A DNA stretch of 32,000 nt, from positions 2,520,001 to 2,552,000 of the forward strand of contig NZ_LN831039.1 of NCBI RefSeq assembly GCF_001457595.1, read 5' to 3'. The notes beneath the pieces are model-generated. The model was given only the letters and a program-made list of their open reading frames with translations, was not told the DNA's origin and did no database searches. Positions 8,314-17,105 of the stretch are shown piece after piece (position 1 is the stretch's first letter; each line of letters starts with the position of its first letter). A program made the translations under genes and the position numbers. Source of the DNA: Mycolicibacterium smegmatis (GTDB lineage: Bacteria > Actinomycetota > Actinomycetes > Mycobacteriales > Mycobacteriaceae).

Positions 8314-9900
8314 GTGAGTCTTCCCGTTGTACTGATAGCCGACAAGCTCGCGGAGTCCACTGTCGCCGCCCTCGGTGACGAGGTGGAGGTCAGGTGGGTC
8401 GACGGTCCCGACCGGGCGAAGCTGCTGGCCGCGGTCCCCGAGGCCGACGCCCTGCTGGTGCGCTCCGCCACCACCGTGGACGCCGAGGTCATCGCCGCGG
8501 CCCCCAAACTCAAGATCGTCGCGCGCGCGGGTGTCGGTCTGGACAACGTCGACGTCGACGCGGCCACCGCACGTGGCGTGCTCGTGGTCAACGCCCCGAC
8601 CTCCAACATCCACAGCGCCGCCGAACACGCCATCGCGCTGCTGCTCGCAACGGCCCGGCAGATCCCGGCCGCCGACGCGACGCTGCGTGAGCGCTCCTGG
8701 AAGCGGTCGTCGTTCTCGGGCACCGAGATCTTCGGCAAGACCGTCGGCGTCGTGGGCCTCGGACGCATCGGCCAGCTGGTCGCGCAGCGGCTGGCGGCGT
8801 TCGGCGCGCACATCGTGGCCTACGACCCCTACGTGTCGCAGGCCCGCGCCGCGCAGCTCGGTATCGAACTGCTCCCGCTCGACGACCTCCTCGCGCGCGC
8901 CGACTTCATCTCGGTGCACCTGCCCAAGACCAAGGAGACCGCGGGTCTGCTCGGCAAGGAGGCGCTCGCCAAGACCAAGAAGGGCGTGATCATCGTCAAC
9001 GCCGCGCGCGGCGGCCTGATCGACGAGCAGGCGCTGGCCGACGCGATCACCAGCGGGCATGTCCGCGGTGCGGGTCTCGACGTGTACGCCACCGAACCCT
9101 GCACGGACAGCCCGCTGTTCGACCTTCCGCAGGTCGTCGTCACGCCGCACCTCGGCGCGTCGACCGCCGAGGCGCAGGACCGCGCGGGCACCGACGTGGC
9201 GGCCAGCGTGAAGCTCGCCCTGGCCGGCGAGTTCGTGCCCGACGCGGTCAACGTCGGCGGCGGCGTGGTCGGTGAAGAGGTCGCGCCGTGGCTCGAGCTC
9301 GTGCGCAAGCTCGGTCTGCTGGTCGGGGCACTCTCGGATGCGCCGCCGGTGTCGCTGCAGGTTCAGGTGCGCGGTGAACTGGCGTCCGAGGACGTCGAGA
9401 TCCTCAAGCTCTCGGCGCTGCGCGGACTGTTCTCGGCTGTGGTCGACGAGCAGGTCACATTCGTCAACGCCCCGGCGCTGGCCGCCGATCGCGGTGTGAC
9501 GGCGGAGATCTCCACCGCGACCGAGAGCCCCAACCACCGCAGCGTCGTCGATGTGCGCGCGGTGCACGCCGACGGGTCGTCGATCAACGTCGCCGGCACG
9601 CTGTCCGGGCCACAGCTGGTCGAGAAGATCGTCCAGATCAACGGGCGCAACTTCGATCTGCGGGCCGAGGGCCACAACCTGATCGTGAACTACTCCGACA
9701 AGCCGGGTGCGCTCGGCAAGATCGGCACACTGCTCGGCGGCGCGAACGTCAACATCCTTGCGGCCCAGCTGAGCCAGGACGCCAGCGGCGACCATGCCAC
9801 GGTCATGCTGCGCGTCGACACCGATGTCCCCGACGATGTGCGTGCCGCGATCGCCGATGCGGTCGGCGCCAGCACGCTGGAAGTGGTTGATCTGTCATGA
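8314..9900 (+). CDS. serA: D-3-phosphoglycerate dehydrogenase (long form with ASB and ACT domains)
   Basis: This 528-aa ORF starts [34 protein letters not shown] and contains [20 protein letters not shown]. It is nearly colinear with mycobacterial SerA1. Confidence 0.97.
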   Translation: MSLPVVLIADKLAESTVAALGDEVEVRWVDGPDRAKLLAAVPEADALLVRSATTVDAEVIAAAPKLKIVARAGVGLDNVDVDAATARGVLVVNAPTSNIHSAAEHAIALLLATARQIPAADATLRERSWKRSSFSGTEIFGKTVGVVGLGRIGQLVAQRLAAFGAHIVAYDPYVSQARAAQLGIELLPLDDLLARADFISVHLPKTKETAGLLGKEALAKTKKGVIIVNAARGGLIDEQALADAITSGHVRGAGLDVYATEPCTDSPLFDLPQVVVTPHLGASTAEAQDRAGTDVAASVKLALAGEFVPDAVNVGGGVVGEEVAPWLELVRKLGLLVGALSDAPPVSLQVQVRGELASEDVEILKLSALRGLFSAVVDEQVTFVNAPALAADRGVTAEISTATESPNHRSVVDVRAVHADGSSINVAGTLSGPQLVEKIVQINGRNFDLRAEGHNLIVNYSDKPGALGKIGTLLGGANVNILAAQLSQDASGDHATVMLRVDTDVPDDVRAAIADAVGASTLEVVDLS

Positions 9901-10919
9901 GTTCCAACTTGAAGCTGGCCGTCATCGCCGGTGACGGCATCGGGCCCGAGGTGATCGCCGAGGCGGTCACGGTGCTCGACGCGGTGCTGCCCGGTGTCGA
10001 GAAGACCGAATACGACCTCGGCGCCCGGCGCTACCACGCCACCGGAGAACTACTGTCCGACGAGACGATCGAGGAACTGCGGGGCTACGACGCGATCCTG
10101 CTCGGCGCGATCGGTGACCCGTCGGTGCCCAGCGGTGTGCTGGAGCGCGGCATGCTGCTCAAACTGCGGTTCGCGCTCGACCATCACGTGAATCTGCGCC
10201 CTGGCAGGCTGTATCCGGGTGTGACGGGCCCGCTCGTCGGCAATCCGCCCATCGACTTCGTCGTGGTGCGTGAAGGCACCGAGGGCCCGTACACCGGCAA
10301 CGGCGGTGCGCTGCGCGTCGGCACGCCGCACGAGGTGGCGACCGAGGTCAGCGTCAACACGGCATTCGGCGTCGAGCGCGTGGTGCGCGATGCGTTCGCG
10401 CGCGCGCAGGACCGTCGCAAGCACCTGACCTTGGTGCACAAGACCAACGTGCTGGCCTTCGCGGGCAGCCTGTGGTCGCGCACCGTGGATCGGATTGCGC
10501 AGGAGTATCCCGACGTCGAGGTCGCCTATCAGCACATCGATGCCGCGACCATCCACATGGTCACCGATCCGGGCCGCTTCGACGTGATCGTCACCGACAA
10601 CCTGTTCGGCGACATCATCACCGACCTCGCGGCCGCGGTGTGCGGCGGTATCGGCCTGGCCGCGAGCGGCAACATCGATGCCACGCGCACGAATCCGTCG
10701 ATGTTCGAACCCGTGCACGGCAGTGCGCCCGACATCGCGGGGCAGGGGATCGCCGATCCCACGGCCGCGGTGATGAGCGTGGGTCTGCTGCTGTCGCACG
10801 TCGGTCAGACCGAGGCGGCCGCGCGGGTCGACAAGGCGGTCTCCGAGCATCTGGCCACCCGCGGCGACGAGAAGCTGTCCACCAGCGCGGTGGGCGAGCG
10901 GATCCGTTCTCTGCTCTAG
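9897..10919 (+). CDS. leuB: 3-isopropylmalate dehydrogenase
   Basis: This 340-aa ORF contains [13 protein letters not shown] and [26 protein letters not shown]. Its ATG overlaps the serA TGA (ATGA at 9897-9900). Confidence 0.97.
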   Translation: MSSNLKLAVIAGDGIGPEVIAEAVTVLDAVLPGVEKTEYDLGARRYHATGELLSDETIEELRGYDAILLGAIGDPSVPSGVLERGMLLKLRFALDHHVNLRPGRLYPGVTGPLVGNPPIDFVVVREGTEGPYTGNGGALRVGTPHEVATEVSVNTAFGVERVVRDAFARAQDRRKHLTLVHKTNVLAFAGSLWSRTVDRIAQEYPDVEVAYQHIDAATIHMVTDPGRFDVIVTDNLFGDIITDLAAAVCGGIGLAASGNIDATRTNPSMFEPVHGSAPDIAGQGIADPTAAVMSVGLLLSHVGQTEAAARVDKAVSEHLATRGDEKLSTSAVGERIRSLL

Positions 10920-10932
10920 GAGTTTTCGCGTC

Positions 10933-10967
10933 GAGGGCGCACAGGCTTTTCCGGCCTGTGCGCCCTC
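10933..10967. terminator. Bidirectional hairpin terminator between convergent leuB and the MFS transporter gene
   Basis: GAGGGCGCACAGGC (10933-10946), loop TTTTCCG, GCCTGTGCGCCCTC (10954-10967). This is a perfect 14-bp stem. The flanking U-tract is weak. Confidence 0.65.
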
Positions 10968-10971
10968 AGTG

Positions 10972-11019
10972 CTGTCTCGGCCGCTGTCTCGGCCGCTGTC
11001 TCGGCCGTTGTCTCGGTGT
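10972..11019. repeat. 12-bp tandem repeat, 4 copies (CTGTCTCGGCCG x3 plus degenerate TTGTCTCGGTGT)
   Basis: Direct reading gives perfect copies at 10972-10983, 10984-10995 and 10996-11007. The copy at 11008-11019 matches 9 of 12 positions. The repeat is intergenic, between the terminator hairpin and the MFS stop codon (11025-11027). Confidence 0.9.
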
Positions 11020-11024
11020 GAATC

Positions 11025-12221
11025 TCAGCTCTCGCGCGCCGGTTCGACCGGGACGAGCGGGATCGCAAGCGCGGGCAGCAGTGCGCACACCGCGAACGCG
11101 ACGGGATATCCGGCCACCCCGATCAACCCGCCGAACACCGGCGAGGACACCGCGGTCGCGAGGTGCTGGCTGGTGTTCTGTGTGCCCAGTGCGCGTCCGC
11201 TCCAGAACGGCCCGGCGATCTCGGCGATCCCGGTGAACGCCAAACCGTTGTCGGACACGGTGATCACCGAGGCCGCCACCATCAGCGCGATGCTGACCGG
11301 TGACGACAACCAGTCGGTGAGCGCGAGCGCGGCCATGGTCACCGCGGCGGCCAGCGCGATGGTCCGGATCGGCCGCAGCCGGTAACCGATGACGTCCGAC
11401 CACTTTCCGGCGGCGATCCGCCCGCCTGCGCCGAGCAACTGCGTGACGGTGACCAGGATGCCCGCGGACGCGGCCGACCAGCCGCGGTCGGTGATGAGCC
11501 ACACCAGGGCGAACGTCCACAGCACACCCTGGGGCACCACCAGCAGCACCGAGACCGCGTGGATGCGCCACAACACCGACGAACCCCGGTAGGGGTTGGC
11601 GAGGTGTTCGGCCGGCGCCTCGGCGCGCGGCGGCCGCGGTGGGTCGAGTACGAACACCGCACTGACCACCGCGGCGATCCCGCACACGACCGCGGGGAAC
11701 AGCAACGCCGCCGAGACCCCGTGACTCTCGGCCAAGCGAGGAATCACCAACGCACCCAACCCGACTCCCAGCGGGGTTGCCGTCTGCCGGATGCCCATGA
11801 CCAGTCCACGCTGTTCGGGTGGAAACCAACCGACCACGAGCCGGCCGCTCGCGGAGTTGCTGCTGGCCGCGGCCATTCCGCCGAGCAGCAGGAAAAGGCC
11901 GACGGCGAACAGTGATTGGACCGATGCGGCGGCCAGCGCCGCGGCCGCGGTGAGCGCCGACCCAAGGCCGAGCACGAGGCGTTCCCCGAAGCGGTCGACG
12001 ACGTAGCCCCACGCGATCAGTGTCGTGACCATGCCGAAGCTGGGCATCGACGACAGCAGCCCGGACCGTGCCAGGTCAAGGCCGCGTTCGGCGTGCAACG
12101 TCGGGATGAGAAACGCCGCGCCGTTGATGAACACGTTGGCGCACATGGTCGACGTCAGCGCGATCACGAGCATCGACCATCGCCGTAGGGTGCCGATCAC
12201 CGGAGCAGCCATGCGTTCCAT
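11025..12221 (-). CDS. Major facilitator superfamily transporter (Rv2994-like)
   Basis: The protein has about 12 hydrophobic segments and the MFS loop motif GYVVDRFGERLVL. The start is uncertain: ATG at 12221, ATG at 12212 or GTG at 12260. Confidence 0.85.
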   Translation of the reverse strand: MERMAAPVIGTLRRWSMLVIALTSTMCANVFINGAAFLIPTLHAERGLDLARSGLLSSMPSFGMVTTLIAWGYVVDRFGERLVLGLGSALTAAAALAAASVQSLFAVGLFLLLGGMAAASSNSASGRLVVGWFPPEQRGLVMGIRQTATPLGVGLGALVIPRLAESHGVSAALLFPAVVCGIAAVVSAVFVLDPPRPPRAEAPAEHLANPYRGSSVLWRIHAVSVLLVVPQGVLWTFALVWLITDRGWSAASAGILVTVTQLLGAGGRIAAGKWSDVIGYRLRPIRTIALAAAVTMAALALTDWLSSPVSIALMVAASVITVSDNGLAFTGIAEIAGPFWSGRALGTQNTSQHLATAVSSPVFGGLIGVAGYPVAFAVCALLPALAIPLVPVEPARES

Positions 12222-12286
12222 GCTGTCACGGCTTCTCAAAATGTCGAATCGCAATTCCACGATGTGGACATCGGTCCGCGGCCTTC

Positions 12287-12292
12287 TAGCCT
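12287..12292 (+). promoter_or_regulatory. Candidate -10 box (TAGCCT) for a leaderless lipase mRNA
   Basis: A TANNNT hexamer lies 6 nt upstream of the GTG at 12299, with no SD. Confidence 0.35.
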
Positions 12293-12298
12293 TAGACG

Positions 12299-13492
12299 GT
12301 GAAAAAGTGGTTGCTGACAGGTGTTTCCCTCATATGTGCCCCGGTGTGCGCACTGGTCCTCGCGCCGACGGCGGCCTGGGCTGCCGAGCCCGAGTGGTCG
12401 AACCTCGATGCGCGCCGGTACGACGCGCCCATACCGCGGGCAGGCACGCTGATCGCGGCGGTGCCGCTCGACCCCGCGTTGTCGGTGGCAGGTGCCGAAC
12501 GCGCCTACCGGATCCTGTACTCGACTGTCGACCAGCACGATTCACCCGCGGTGAGCACGGCGGCCGTGTTCGTCCCGCGCGGACAGGCCCCCGAGGGCGG
12601 ATGGCCCGTGATCGCGTGGGCGCATGGCACCGTCGGACTCGGCGATGACTGTGCACCCTCGGCGCAGCCGCGCAGCGCACGCGACAACGAATACCTCACA
12701 CACTGGCTCGACCAGGGCTACGCCGTCGTGGGCTCGGACTACGCGGGTCTGGGCACCCCGGGCCTGATGAGCTACCTGAACAGCGTGGCCACCGCGCACA
12801 GCGTGGTCGACTCGGTCATCGCGATGCACGAGATGGATCTGCCGCTTTCCCCCGAGTGGGCCATCGTCGGCCAGTCGCAGGGCGGCGGGGCGGCGGTCAA
12901 CAGCGCCCGCTGGGCCACCGAGTTCAGTCGCGGCACCGGGCTCGACTACCGCGGTGTGGTGGCGACCGGAACGCCGTTCAACGTCGAGAGCATCGTCAAA
13001 CAGGCCGGGCCGGACATGGCGCTGCCGCCCAACCTCGGACCGGCCGCCAACAGCTACACGGGATACATCCTGGCCGGGTTCCGCGAGGCCCGGCCCGACA
13101 TCGACGTCGACAGCGTGCTCACACCCGCGGGCCTCGATGCGGTCGCCAAGGCCGAGACCCTGTGCAAGCCCCAGCTCGATGCCGCGCTCGCCGGCATGAC
13201 GCCGACCGACTTCTTCCGCGCGCCGCTGGCGACGCTGCCCGGTGTGGACGCCGCACTCGACGCGTACATGGGCACGCCCACCAGCGGCTACGACCGTCCG
13301 ATCTTCCTCGGGGTGGGCATGCAGGACCGTGACGTTCCTCCCAATCTCACACTGCAGCTCGACGAGGCGCTGCGGGCGAACGGGCAGGACGTCACACTCA
13401 AGGTGTATCCGGACGAAGATCACTCGGGCACGGTGCTGGCATCGGTTCCGGACTCCACACCTTTCCTGCGCGCGGCGTTCGACCGCGGCTGA
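12299..13492 (+). CDS. Secreted alpha/beta-hydrolase, secretory-lipase (LIP)-like
   Basis: This is a 397-aa ORF. The signal peptide is MKKWLLTGVSLICAPVCALVLAPTAAWA/AEP. It has a nucleophile elbow GQSQGG and WAHGTVGLGDDCAPS upstream of it. The C-terminal part carries D/H residues (YPDEDHSG), consistent with a Ser-Asp-His triad. Confidence 0.75.
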   Translation: MKKWLLTGVSLICAPVCALVLAPTAAWAAEPEWSNLDARRYDAPIPRAGTLIAAVPLDPALSVAGAERAYRILYSTVDQHDSPAVSTAAVFVPRGQAPEGGWPVIAWAHGTVGLGDDCAPSAQPRSARDNEYLTHWLDQGYAVVGSDYAGLGTPGLMSYLNSVATAHSVVDSVIAMHEMDLPLSPEWAIVGQSQGGGAAVNSARWATEFSRGTGLDYRGVVATGTPFNVESIVKQAGPDMALPPNLGPAANSYTGYILAGFREARPDIDVDSVLTPAGLDAVAKAETLCKPQLDAALAGMTPTDFFRAPLATLPGVDAALDAYMGTPTSGYDRPIFLGVGMQDRDVPPNLTLQLDEALRANGQDVTLKVYPDEDHSGTVLASVPDSTPFLRAAFDRG

Positions 13493-13529
13493 GGACGGGC
13501 GTCTGCGCCTGACGCCGCGACGTGCGCAC

Positions 13530-13535
13530 TACGCT
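13530..13535 (+). promoter_or_regulatory. Candidate -10 box (TACGCT) for a leaderless FAH-family mRNA
   Basis: A TANNNT hexamer lies 7 nt upstream of the ATG at 13543. It sits inside the longer track ORF (13522), which argues for the 13543 start. Confidence 0.35.
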
Positions 13536-13542
13536 GACAAAA

Positions 13543-14322
13543 ATGCGCTTAGGTCGAATTGCCAGTCCTGACGGCGTCGCATTCGTGAGCATCGAAGGCG
13601 ACGGACCAGATGCCGTCTGCAAAGAGATCGCCGAGCATCCGTTCGGAAACCCGAACTTCACCGGACGCAGCTGGCCGCTGGCCGACGTCCGCCTGCTCGC
13701 ACCGATTCTCGCCAGCAAGGTGATCGCGGTGGGTAAGAACTACGCCGCGCACGCCGAGGAGATGGGCGGTGTGGCGCCCGAGGATCCGGTGATCTTCCTC
13801 AAACCGAACACCGCGATCATCGGTCCCAACGTGCCGATCCAGCTGCCCGCGGACGCCGACCCGGTGCACCACGAGGGCGAGTTGGCGATCGTCATCGGCA
13901 GGCCGTGCAAGGACGTGCCTGCCGCGCGTGCGGCCGAATTCATCCTCGGCTACACGATCGGCAACGACGTCTCCGCGCGTGATCAGCAGCGCAAGGACGG
14001 GCAGTGGATGCGGGCGAAGGGGCACGACACGTTCTGCCCGCTGGGGCCGTGGATCGTCACCGATCTCGACCCGTCCGATGTGGAGCTGCGCACCGAGGTC
14101 AACGGACAGGTGCGCCAACGCAGCCGAACCTCGCTGCTGCTCCACGACATCGGGCGTCTCGTGGAGTGGACCTCGGCGGTGATGACGCTGTTGCCGGGTG
14201 ACGTCATCCTGACCGGGACCCCGGAGGGCGTCGGCCCCATCGAGGACGGCGACACCGTCAGCATCACCGTCGAGGGCATCGGCACACTCACCAATCCTGT
14301 TGTGCGTAAAGGGAAGAAATGA
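13543..14322 (+). CDS. Fumarylacetoacetate hydrolase family protein (Rv2993c-like)
   Basis: [19 protein letters not shown]...[17 protein letters not shown]...[10 protein letters not shown]...[36 protein letters not shown]. The orthologue begins at [11 protein letters not shown]. Confidence 0.9.
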   Translation: MRLGRIASPDGVAFVSIEGDGPDAVCKEIAEHPFGNPNFTGRSWPLADVRLLAPILASKVIAVGKNYAAHAEEMGGVAPEDPVIFLKPNTAIIGPNVPIQLPADADPVHHEGELAIVIGRPCKDVPAARAAEFILGYTIGNDVSARDQQRKDGQWMRAKGHDTFCPLGPWIVTDLDPSDVELRTEVNGQVRQRSRTSLLLHDIGRLVEWTSAVMTLLPGDVILTGTPEGVGPIEDGDTVSITVEGIGTLTNPVVRKGKK

Positions 14323-15779
14323 CAACGAAGAAGGTCCGGGTTCGGTTCTGCCCGTCGCCAACCGGCACGCCGCATGTCGGCCTGGTGCGCACGGCCCTGT
14401 TCAACTGGGCCTACGCGCGCCACACCGGAGGCGATTTCGTCTTCCGCATCGAGGACACCGACGCCGCGCGCGACAGCGACGAGAGTTACGCCGCGATCCT
14501 CGACGCCCTGCGCTGGCTCGGCATGGACTGGGACGAGGGACCGGAAGTCGGTGGCCCGTACGAGCCCTACCGGCAGTCGCAGCGGCGCGACATCTACCGG
14601 GACGTGGTGGCGCGCCTGCTGGAGGCCGGCGAGGTGTACGAGGCGTACTCGACCCCCGAGGAGGTCGAGGCGCGTCACCTCGCCGCGGGGCGCAACCCGA
14701 AGCTGGGTTACGACAACTACGACCGCGACCTGACCGACGCGCAGCGCAAGGCGTTCGCCGACGAGGGCCGCAGGCCCGTGCTGCGCCTTCGGATGCCCGA
14801 CGAGGACCTGTCGTGGAACGACCTGGTGCGCGGTCCCACGACGTTCGCGGCCGGTTCGGTGCCCGATTTCGCGATCACCCGCAGCAACGGGGATCCGTTG
14901 TACACGTTGGTGAACCCCGTCGACGACGCGTTGATGAAGATCACCCACGTGCTGCGCGGCGAGGACATCCTGCCGTCCACACCGCGCCAGATCGCGCTCT
15001 ACCGGGCGCTGATGCGCATCGGCGTCGCCGAGTTCGTGCCCGAGTTCGCACATCTGCCAAGTGTTCTGGGTGAGGGCAACAAGAAGCTGTCCAAGCGCGA
15101 CCCGCAGTCCAACCTGTTCCTGCACCGCGACCGCGGGTTCATCCCCGAGGGCCTGTTGAACTACCTGGCACTGCTGGGCTGGGGCATCGCCGACGATCAC
15201 GACGTGTTCTCGCTCGACGAGATGGTGGCCGCGTTCGATGTGGCCGACGTCAACTCAAACCCGGCGCGGTTCGACCAGAAGAAGGCCGACGCGATCAACG
15301 CCGAGCACATCCGCATGCTCGCGCCGGAGGACTTCACCGCGCGGCTGCGTGAGTACTTCGTCACACACGGGTACGACACGACGCTCGACGACGCCGCGTT
15401 CGCCGAGGCGGCCGCGCTGGTACAGACGCGTGTGGTGGTGCTGGGCGACGCGTGGGGCCTGCTGAAGTTCTTCAACGACGACGCCTACGAGATCGACGAG
15501 AAGTCGGCGGCCAAGGAGCTCAAGCCCGAGTCCGCTGCGGTTCTGGACGCCGCGCTGAGCGCCCTGGAGGCGGTCGGGGACTGGACGACCCCGGCGATCG
15601 AGGCCGCGCTCAAGACGGCGCTCCTGGAGGGGCTGGAGCTCAAACCACGCAAGGCGTTCGGCCCGATCCGCGTCGCGGTGACCGGTGCCGCGGTGAGCCC
15701 GCCGCTGTTCGAGTCAATGGAACTGCTCGGCCGGGACCGCAGTCTGGCGCGGTTGCGCGCCGCGAGGGACCGGGTGTGA
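14319..15779 (+). CDS. gltX: Glutamyl-tRNA synthetase (expected non-discriminating)
   Basis: This 486-aa ORF has class I HIGH-type ([13 protein letters not shown]) and KMSKS-type (KLSKR) motifs. Its ATG overlaps the upstream TGA (ATGA at 14319-14322). Confidence 0.97.
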   Translation: MTTKKVRVRFCPSPTGTPHVGLVRTALFNWAYARHTGGDFVFRIEDTDAARDSDESYAAILDALRWLGMDWDEGPEVGGPYEPYRQSQRRDIYRDVVARLLEAGEVYEAYSTPEEVEARHLAAGRNPKLGYDNYDRDLTDAQRKAFADEGRRPVLRLRMPDEDLSWNDLVRGPTTFAAGSVPDFAITRSNGDPLYTLVNPVDDALMKITHVLRGEDILPSTPRQIALYRALMRIGVAEFVPEFAHLPSVLGEGNKKLSKRDPQSNLFLHRDRGFIPEGLLNYLALLGWGIADDHDVFSLDEMVAAFDVADVNSNPARFDQKKADAINAEHIRMLAPEDFTARLREYFVTHGYDTTLDDAAFAEAAALVQTRVVVLGDAWGLLKFFNDDAYEIDEKSAAKELKPESAAVLDAALSALEAVGDWTTPAIEAALKTALLEGLELKPRKAFGPIRVAVTGAAVSPPLFESMELLGRDRSLARLRAARDRV

Positions 15780-15895
15780 AAACCACCCCGAAATCTTTGG
15801 TAGTCTGCTCGTCGGCCCGGTAAGCAACCGCGGGGGAACATCCCGCCGAGCGAACCGGACCAGGAAGCCCGTGACCAGCGGTGATGGGCCTCCAA

Positions 15896-15970
15896 TGGGG
15901 TATGGTGTAATTGGCAACACAGCTGATTCTGGTTCAGCCATTCTAGGTTCGAGTCCTGGTACCCCAGCCA
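15896..15970 (+). tRNA. tRNA-Gln (anticodon CUG), CCA encoded
   Basis: I folded the cloverleaf by hand. Acceptor TGGGGTA/TACCCCA with a U1-A72 pair. D stem GTGT/ACAC. Anticodon stem GCTGA/TCAGC with loop TTCTGGT. T arm CTAGG-TTCGAGT-CCTGG. Discriminator G at 15967, then CCA at 15968-15970. Confidence 0.95.
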
Positions 15971-16038
15971 AACGGCCGGGTCGGGTCGGATTAGGTCAGA
16001 GAGAATCTCTGAGCTATGCTGACCTCCCGAAAGTTCTA

Positions 16039-16111
16039 GCCCCCGTCGTCTAGCGGCCTAGGACGCCGCCCTCTCACGGCGGTAGCGTGGGTTCGAATCC
16101 CATCGGGGGTA
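16039..16111 (+). tRNA. tRNA-Glu (anticodon CUC), CCA not encoded
   Basis: Acceptor GCCCCCG/CGGGGGT with a G1-U72 wobble. D arm GTCT-AGCGGCCTA-GGAC. Anticodon stem CCGCC/GGCGG with loop CTCTCAC. T arm GTGGG-TTCGAAT-CCCAT. Discriminator A is followed by CAA, not CCA. Confidence 0.92.
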
Positions 16112-16116
16112 CAACA

Positions 16117-16160
16117 GCGAAAGGCGCTCGGTTCCACGAACTGAGCGCCTTTCGCGTTTC
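16117..16160 (+). terminator. Hairpin terminator after the gltX-tRNA cluster
   Basis: GCGAAAGGCGCTC (16117-16129) and GAGCGCCTTTCGC (16143-16155) form a perfect 13-bp stem with a 13-nt loop, followed by GTTTCC. Confidence 0.6.
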
Positions 16161-16292
16161 CGGCCCGCCCGTGCGAGCCACTCGCTCGCCTGTCTCGCGG
16201 TACGCGACGTTCGTCACATCCGCCGGCGCTTCGCTTCGGAGCGGCGTGCTGTGAGAAAGGCGACATCCGGGCCGAGGCTCGAACCGGAGGAC

Positions 16293-16994
16293 TCACAGCC
16301 GGCGCGTGAGCGCCTCGGCCGCCGCCAGCAGATCCGCGGCCCACCGTGCCCCCGGGCGCCGCCCCATGCGGTCGATGGGTCCCGACACCGACACCGCGGC
16401 GATCACCTGGCCCCGGCTGTCGCGCACGGGCGCGCTCACGCTCGCGACGCCGGGTTCGCGCTCGGCGGCGCTCTGTGCCCAGCCGCGTTTGCGAACCTCC
16501 GCCAGGGTGCGTTCGGTGAACTTCGCCGACGGCAGGACGGCCTGCTGCGTCGCGGCATCGGCATATGCCAGCAGAACTTTGGCGCCCGAGCCGGCCGTCA
16601 TGGGCAGCTGGGTGCCCACGGGCACGGTGTCGCGCAGGCCGGCCGGTGGTTCGAGCGCCACCACGCACACCCTGGACAGCCCTTCCCGGCGGTACAGCTG
16701 CACGCTCTCGCCCGTGATCTCGCGCAGGCGGGGAAGTACCGCGGCGCCCGCCGAAAGCAGCGGATCGTTGACGTGAGCGGCCAATTCGGTGAGCGCCGGG
16801 CCCAGGCGCCAGCGCCCGTCGGCATCTCTGGCGAGCAGCCGGTGGGTCTCCAGGCCGGCCGCCAGGCGGTGCGCGGTGGCCCGGGGCAGGCCGGTCCGCT
16901 CGCACAGTTCGGCCAAACCGCAGGGGGACTCGGCGACGGTGTGCAGTACACCCACCGCTTTGTCGAGCACGCCGATGCCGCTATCATTTCTCAC
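16293..16994 (-). CDS. IclR-family transcriptional regulator (Rv2989-like; counterpart of corynebacterial LtbR)
   Basis: This 233-aa ORF has an N-terminal wHTH (VLDKAVGVLHTVAESPCGLAELCERTGLPRATAHRLAAGL) and a C-terminal IclR effector domain. It is divergent from leuCD and starts with GTG. Confidence 0.9.
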   Translation of the reverse strand: MRNDSGIGVLDKAVGVLHTVAESPCGLAELCERTGLPRATAHRLAAGLETHRLLARDADGRWRLGPALTELAAHVNDPLLSAGAAVLPRLREITGESVQLYRREGLSRVCVVALEPPAGLRDTVPVGTQLPMTAGSGAKVLLAYADAATQQAVLPSAKFTERTLAEVRKRGWAQSAAEREPGVASVSAPVRDSRGQVIAAVSVSGPIDRMGRRPGARWAADLLAAAEALTRRL

Positions 16995-16997
16995 AGA

Positions 16998-17013
16998 GAG
17001 ATACTAGCGTCTC
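16998..17013. promoter_or_regulatory. Candidate operator: imperfect 16-bp palindrome GAGAtaCTAGcgTCTC in the IclR/leuC divergent region
   Basis: Arms GAGA (16998-17001) and TCTC (17010-17013) are symmetric around CTAG (17004-17007). The palindrome overlaps the candidate -10 of the IclR gene. Confidence 0.25.
17001..17006 (-). promoter_or_regulatory. Candidate -10 box (TAGTAT) for a leaderless IclR-regulator mRNA
   Basis: On the minus strand, TAGTAT lies 6 nt upstream of the GTG at 16994, with no SD. Confidence 0.35.
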
Positions 17014-17105
17014 GTATTTTGAGATAGCCAGTGAAACTCCCAGCCCCCCAGCGGACTCTTGAAGAACAGCCCCGCTTGTATTTGAGCCGAATGCGAGAAC
17101 CAGCG

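Noticed and set aside
8197-9795. 532-aa minus-strand ORF antisense to serA
   Set aside because: Shadow ORF. The plus strand is a near-perfect SerA orthologue and the antisense product has no recognisable motif.
10969-11385. ORF beginning MLSRPLSRPLSRPLSR. The locus was also considered as a possible CRISPR-like array.
   Set aside because: The periodicity is just the 12-bp tandem repeat. The rest of the ORF is antisense to the MFS transporter. The repeats are contiguous with no spacers and far too short for CRISPR.
13983-15200. 405-aa minus-strand ORF antisense to the FAH-family gene and gltX
   Set aside because: Shadow ORF crossing a gene boundary with an implausible composition.
15780-16292. 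Possible integration hotspot or genomic island at the tRNA-Gln/tRNA-Glu pair. ORFs 15485-15895 and 16036-16905, which overlap the tRNAs, were also considered.
   Set aside because: There is no integrase, no direct repeat of a tRNA 3' end and no foreign-looking genes downstream. The flank is the conserved IclR-leuCD block. The overlapping ORFs are spurious.
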